DNA from: Jimgerdemannia flammicorona
Taxonomy: Eukaryota
Direction of reading: 5' to 3'
NCBI GenBank assembly: GCA_003990765.1
Contig: RBNJ01000301.1
Span: 1-33,713, forward strand
DNA: 33,713 nucleotides
The notes below the pieces were generated by a model, which saw only the letters and a list, made by a program, of their open reading frames with translations, searched no databases and was not told the DNA's origin. Numbering within the stretch: position 1 is the first letter of the stretch; every line of letters starts with the position of its first letter. Positions 24,277-33,713 of this stretch are shown one piece after another. The position numbers were made by a program, and so were the translations under genes.

Positions 24277-24604
24277 AAGCATTGTTTAAAAAAAAAAAAA
24301 AAAAAAAAAAAAAGTCATTAAGTCTACTAATCATACAACTATACAATCTCTTAAATTATCTTTGAAAGTAATACAAAATCCATTTTTATAATGAATCTAA
24401 GAGAAATAGAAATTTATATAAATTATATATCTCCTTTTATCACTCTAAATATATATATACTATTAATACTAATTAATGATATCTCTTTTACCAACTGAAG
24501 ATACTCTTCACAAACCTAGTAGTTCTCTCACTAATCTTTGAATGGATAATTTAAGCCTATCATACTCATCTCACTACAACAGACACATTTATCACTATTT
24601 TATA

Positions 24605-24609
<5 letters not shown>

Positions 24610-24678
<69 letters not shown>

Positions 24679-24683
24679 CTTTT
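24610..24683. repeat. Long poly(T) tract at the right edge of the AT-rich block (a poly(A) run lies at 24288-24313)
   Basis: About 74 nt, almost all T; CpG-containing sequence resumes shortly after it. Confidence 0.9.
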
Positions 24684-25943
24684 CTAGCTCAGATCTTTCT
24701 CAGAGTTTGTGACTTTATGGTGGCAATGCTCTATGATTTTCAGACGTTATCGATCTTCATGGAACATGTATCTCACAAAGTTTCGCCTGATCCTCAATAG
24801 ATACCTGACGATATGTCGTTTAAACAAGTTGCCAGTATCAATCTCGGTGTCTCCACGTCATTTGTCGCTCTTGATCTTAAGCTGCCTCGTCCGCAGGAGC
24901 ACAAAAGTCTGAATACATTTTGGTGAGATTTTTACTCAAATAAACTGCGTGTATCAATTATGATCTCATTTATAGTATAACCTTGCGGGCTATCACGATG
25001 TTTTTTTTTTTTTTTCATTAGATTTGGGGCGGTACCTCCAGTAGGTAGTCACGCCATATCACGAATGGGCGCTGACTACTTGTCATCTCCAAATCTGCGA
25101 GTCCGCAAGGTGGTAAGTTTCGAGATGTCTACGACACCGTTGGCGCTGCCATATTTCAAGTCGGCCCTTTCCGCCTGCAATAAGCGCCGTGGTCATCACC
25201 ATGTCTCCATTCCAAGGAGCATAGAGCGGGGTGCTCGTAATCTGACGAAAGCCAATGGTTATGTCAGGGCTTAACTAGCGATGAATGTTGGCAAATGGTG
25301 TACGCCAACATCGGTGTCGAGAACTCCGGAATTTGCCATACGCAAGTCGACAAATTAATGCGTGGATTGAGTGCTGGATTTGGCAAAGTCGTGTCTCGCC
25401 GGTATCCTAAATTCTCAAACTAGAAGTATCTCGTTATTTGGGAAAGAAATAATAGACGAAGAACTGTAGCTATTAATACAGGAAGGTAGTTGGTTTTACC
25501 ATATGATTGGTAGAAAATTCTCCTTTTGTAAAAGGTTCTCCCCATGAATGATTGTTCCGATTATGCTCGCTTCGCGCCTGTAACGTAAGGCACGAACAAT
25601 GACTGCTACGGCTAAATGCAAGCTAGGGATACTTCTACAGGCAGACAAACGGCTATTGCAAGGTCGTACAAGCCCCAAACTAGTGGCTCGGCTGCCACCA
25701 GAACCAGCACCATTTGTTGACAAGTTGTATGGAACATACTGTAGTTCAAACTTTCAACACTTGCACGCGATTGTGTGACTGATCTATCCCGCAAAATGCC
25801 TACAGATCTACGCCTTAGAAGGGTGGCCCAAGAGTTTTTTCTGTGCAAGTATAAAAAAAATAGTTTTATTTGTCACATTTATATCAATGCTCTTTGGGTG
25901 GACGTATTGCGCTCCTCGGAGTGCGTTCCTTTTACCGCAAAAC

Positions 25944-31268
<5,325 letters not shown>

Positions 31269-31271
31269 TAC

Positions 31272-31454
31272 GACAATACCCAATTAGGAAATTTCGTGAT
31301 GGGGTTAGGAGTGGGACCTAACAGAGAGTGGATTTACTTAAGAGTGGTTTGTGAGTTATTAAATAGGTTTATTCGCTATTCATGATATTGCTATACTAGG
31401 AGTAGTTGTGTAAAGAGATATTATAGGAAAGTGTTCAGAAATGTTCTTGTGCAT
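31272..31454 (+). repeat. Left copy (A) of a 183-bp inverted repeat
   Basis: Reverse complement of 32584-32766, ungapped, with 31 mismatches that are all transitions (hand count). Confidence 0.95.
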
Positions 31455-31533
31455 CTCTCTCCACTACAATTCACGTTACACACACTTTTCAACACACTTT
31501 CGAAGCATTTATTGGAGAAAAGATACTAAGGCA

Positions 31534-32090
31534 ATATCAACCAGCAAGCAAGCCGACGCGCGTACTAGGTCGGGTGGACCTGGGGCCTTCAACTGGCAGA
31601 CTGTCGGGAGAGGTTATGGTTTGGGGATGGGGTCCTTCGGTGGCTCGAGTGGGCAGGGTGGCTCAGGCAGTGGAAGTGGCACTGGTGGGGGGGCTGGAGG
31701 GAAGCAGGGTAGGAGCTTTGCAGACATGCTGAGGGGTAGGGGCTGGCCATTGGGCACTCGTGGTGGACCAGCGGGAGGAAAGGGGAAGCAGAAGGATAGA
31801 ACCACTGGGGGAGCTGGACCTTCGCTGGGGGGAGGTGGGGGAAGTGGAGGGGTGGCTGGGGGTAGTGGTGGGACTGCTGATGGTGGCGTGATGGCGAATC
31901 TGGAGAAAAAAAGAGATGTGACAGTTGATGGCCAGGGGGGGCAGGGGCTCCCAATATAGAAGGGGGACCTGGCTGATGGTGTAACGGGACTGGCAGTGGC
32001 CCTGTTGCTCAAGAAGTCAATCTCGGAGTTCGCGGCTACCTTGTGCTTCCAGGGCTTGGCGGTGACGGCGAGGATGGTCCTGGGGCTTAT
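31534..32090 (+). other. Gly-rich ORF remnant, possibly the N-terminus of a retroelement ORF1/gag-like protein
   Basis: G-rich frame '(I/M)STSKQADART...GRSFADMLRG...' with one internal TAG (31957-31959), cut off by the direct repeat at 32091. Identity uncertain. Confidence 0.35.
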
Positions 32091-32351
32091 TGCAGTGATA
32101 TGCCAATTCAACTAAGCTGGTCTTAGTTTCTTGAACTTTCTGAAATACGGAAAATCTGAACATTCAGAACTAGTCCGAAAAAGGACTTTAGTTGAGACAT
32201 CAACCTGATCTTGAAATCAATAAGCATAGAGGATATACTCTATATAAAATTGATCCTGACCATAAAAAAACAGTCTTCCAGAATATTCAGAACCTCTAGA
32301 AAATCTTTCCAGAACTACGTAATAGTTACCTTAAAAAGCAACTCTCTTACA
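32091..32351 (+). mobile_element. LTR-like direct repeat, copy 1 (TG...CA)
   Basis: Begins TGCAG and ends TTACA, contains TATATAAAA, and matches 32767-33028. Confidence 0.75.
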
Positions 32352-32583
32352 AATCTATAAATAGCCTAGCCATCATAGTATAGTTAGATTAGCCTTATAT
32401 AATATGACTGTGAACTGACTCAGCAGTTAAATAATCTTTTGATATATTAGATTATACTTATACTATATAACTGTATTCTGACTCAGTAAGATACTAAGTG
32501 TTATATCTATATTCAGTATAGCCTAGATAGCCCCTTACTAATATAAATACTTCCTCTTCCAGACCTCAGAATCTCAGACTTGA

Positions 32584-32766
32584 ATACATAAGAATATTTC
32601 TGAACACTTTCCCACAATACCTCTTCATATAACTACTTTTAGTATAGTAATATTATAAATAGCAAATAAATCTATTTAATAACCTATAAACTACTTTTAA
32701 GTAAATCTACTCTCCATTAAGTTTCACTCCTAACTCTATTATGAAATTTCCTAATTGGGTATTGTC
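32584..32766 (-). repeat. Right copy (A') of the 183-bp inverted repeat
   Basis: Reverse complement of 31272-31454; the more A/T-shifted of the two copies. Confidence 0.95.
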
Positions 32767-33028
32767 TGCAGCAATATATTAATTCAACTAAGCTAGTCTT
32801 AGTTTTTTAAACTTTCTGAAATACAGAAAATCTTAAATATCCAGAATTAGTCCAAAAAAGGACTTTGGTTAAGACATCAACTCAATCTTGAAATCAATAA
32901 GTATAGAGAATATACTCTATATAAAATTAATCTTGATCTTAAGAAAATAATCTTTTAGAATATCTAGAACTTCTAGAAAACTCTTTCAAAACTATGTAAT
33001 AGTTACTTTAACAAGTAACTTTCTTATA
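32767..33028 (+). mobile_element. LTR-like direct repeat, copy 2 (TG...TA; terminal CA mutated)
   Basis: Aligns to 32091-32351 with about 42 transitions, 2 transversions and 1 indel (hand count). Confidence 0.75.
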
Positions 33029-33713
33029 TCTTTACTATTTATCTAGTATAAGCTATTTGATAGAGAGACAATCTGAATATATTTAAAGATAAAAATAGGT
33101 GTTTAGAGAATTAAATCACTAAAGGAATGAACTTTATATAATAATATAAGTAATACTTAATAATATTAAAAATAAGCTAGTCTGGTGAATTTGTCTGACA
33201 GAATAACTTAGTCATCTTGGCTGCACTCAACTGGAACCAAGAGCTGATATGGTAATGTGATCAAGACCCACAGGCTTGAGTAGTGAGGTATTGGGGGTTT
33301 TCTCTCACCTTACATGTAAGTCCTTTACTCACCTCGACTGGGAGAACCAGGCCCTACCCACCATGTTATGCTTTGATGAGGGTTTTTTTTTTACCTGTCA
33401 TTCTCTTTGGAGTGGTAGAGGCTATTCTATTTGGCTTGGGTATAGCCTTATACATATATTGGGTTCTCAGACATGCACTTTCGATCATTGGCATATGGTT
33501 GGGTTTCCTCTGATAGTAGAGAGAGTATAGTATACAGAATGAGATGTGGGTCTAATCGGCCCTACTGCACCTGGCATAGTTGAGCTGCTGGATAATAAAT
33601 AGCTTAGATTAATGAAGGGGCAGTACTTGGTGAGTGGTGGGAGAGGGTTTTGGCCTATATAGTTTTGGTTCCCTTTCAATAAAAATCCGCAGAACATGAG
33701 TCTATTAAAAAAA

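Noticed and set aside
24700..25850. Several short ORFs with splice-like signals that might be a gene fragment
   Set aside because: I could not assemble a consistent exon chain or recognise a motif; BLASTX would be needed.
31614..32111. Pro-rich 165-aa minus-strand ORF
   Set aside because: It is the low-complexity mirror of the G-rich plus strand, and its start lies inside the LTR-like repeat.

Overview
Eukaryotic, intron-rich fungal DNA (GT-AG introns with CTRAY branch sites). Gene content and style suggest an early-diverging, Mucoromycota-like fungus; this is inference, not proven. Bases 1-21.3 kb are gene-dense, with 11 genes: SURF6/Rrp14-like, 5-formyl-THF cyclo-ligase, a SET-MYND (SMYD-type) methyltransferase head-to-head with a class I SAM methyltransferase, a 194-aa orphan, SmD1, ITPK1, cystathionine gamma-lyase, an HSPA12-type Hsp70 head-to-head with an intronless coiled-coil protein ending in a GrpE-like motif, and a YdcZ/DUF606 DMT transporter. 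Bases 21.8-33.7 kb are a decay zone: a MULE-SWIM transposase fossil, a broken ABCC/MRP (YCF1-like) pseudogene and a nested repeat structure (183-bp inverted repeat interleaved with a ~261-bp TG..CA direct repeat). Two signals stand out. (1) Repeat copies differ almost only by C>T/G>A transitions (31 transitions and 0 transversions in the inverted repeat, by hand), many in CpA/TpG context, which is RIP-like hypermutation in an apparently non-Dikarya genome. (2) The divergent HSPA12 + GrpE-like gene pair could be a dedicated chaperone/co-chaperone or surveillance module. Family calls come from motif recognition only; no searches were run.
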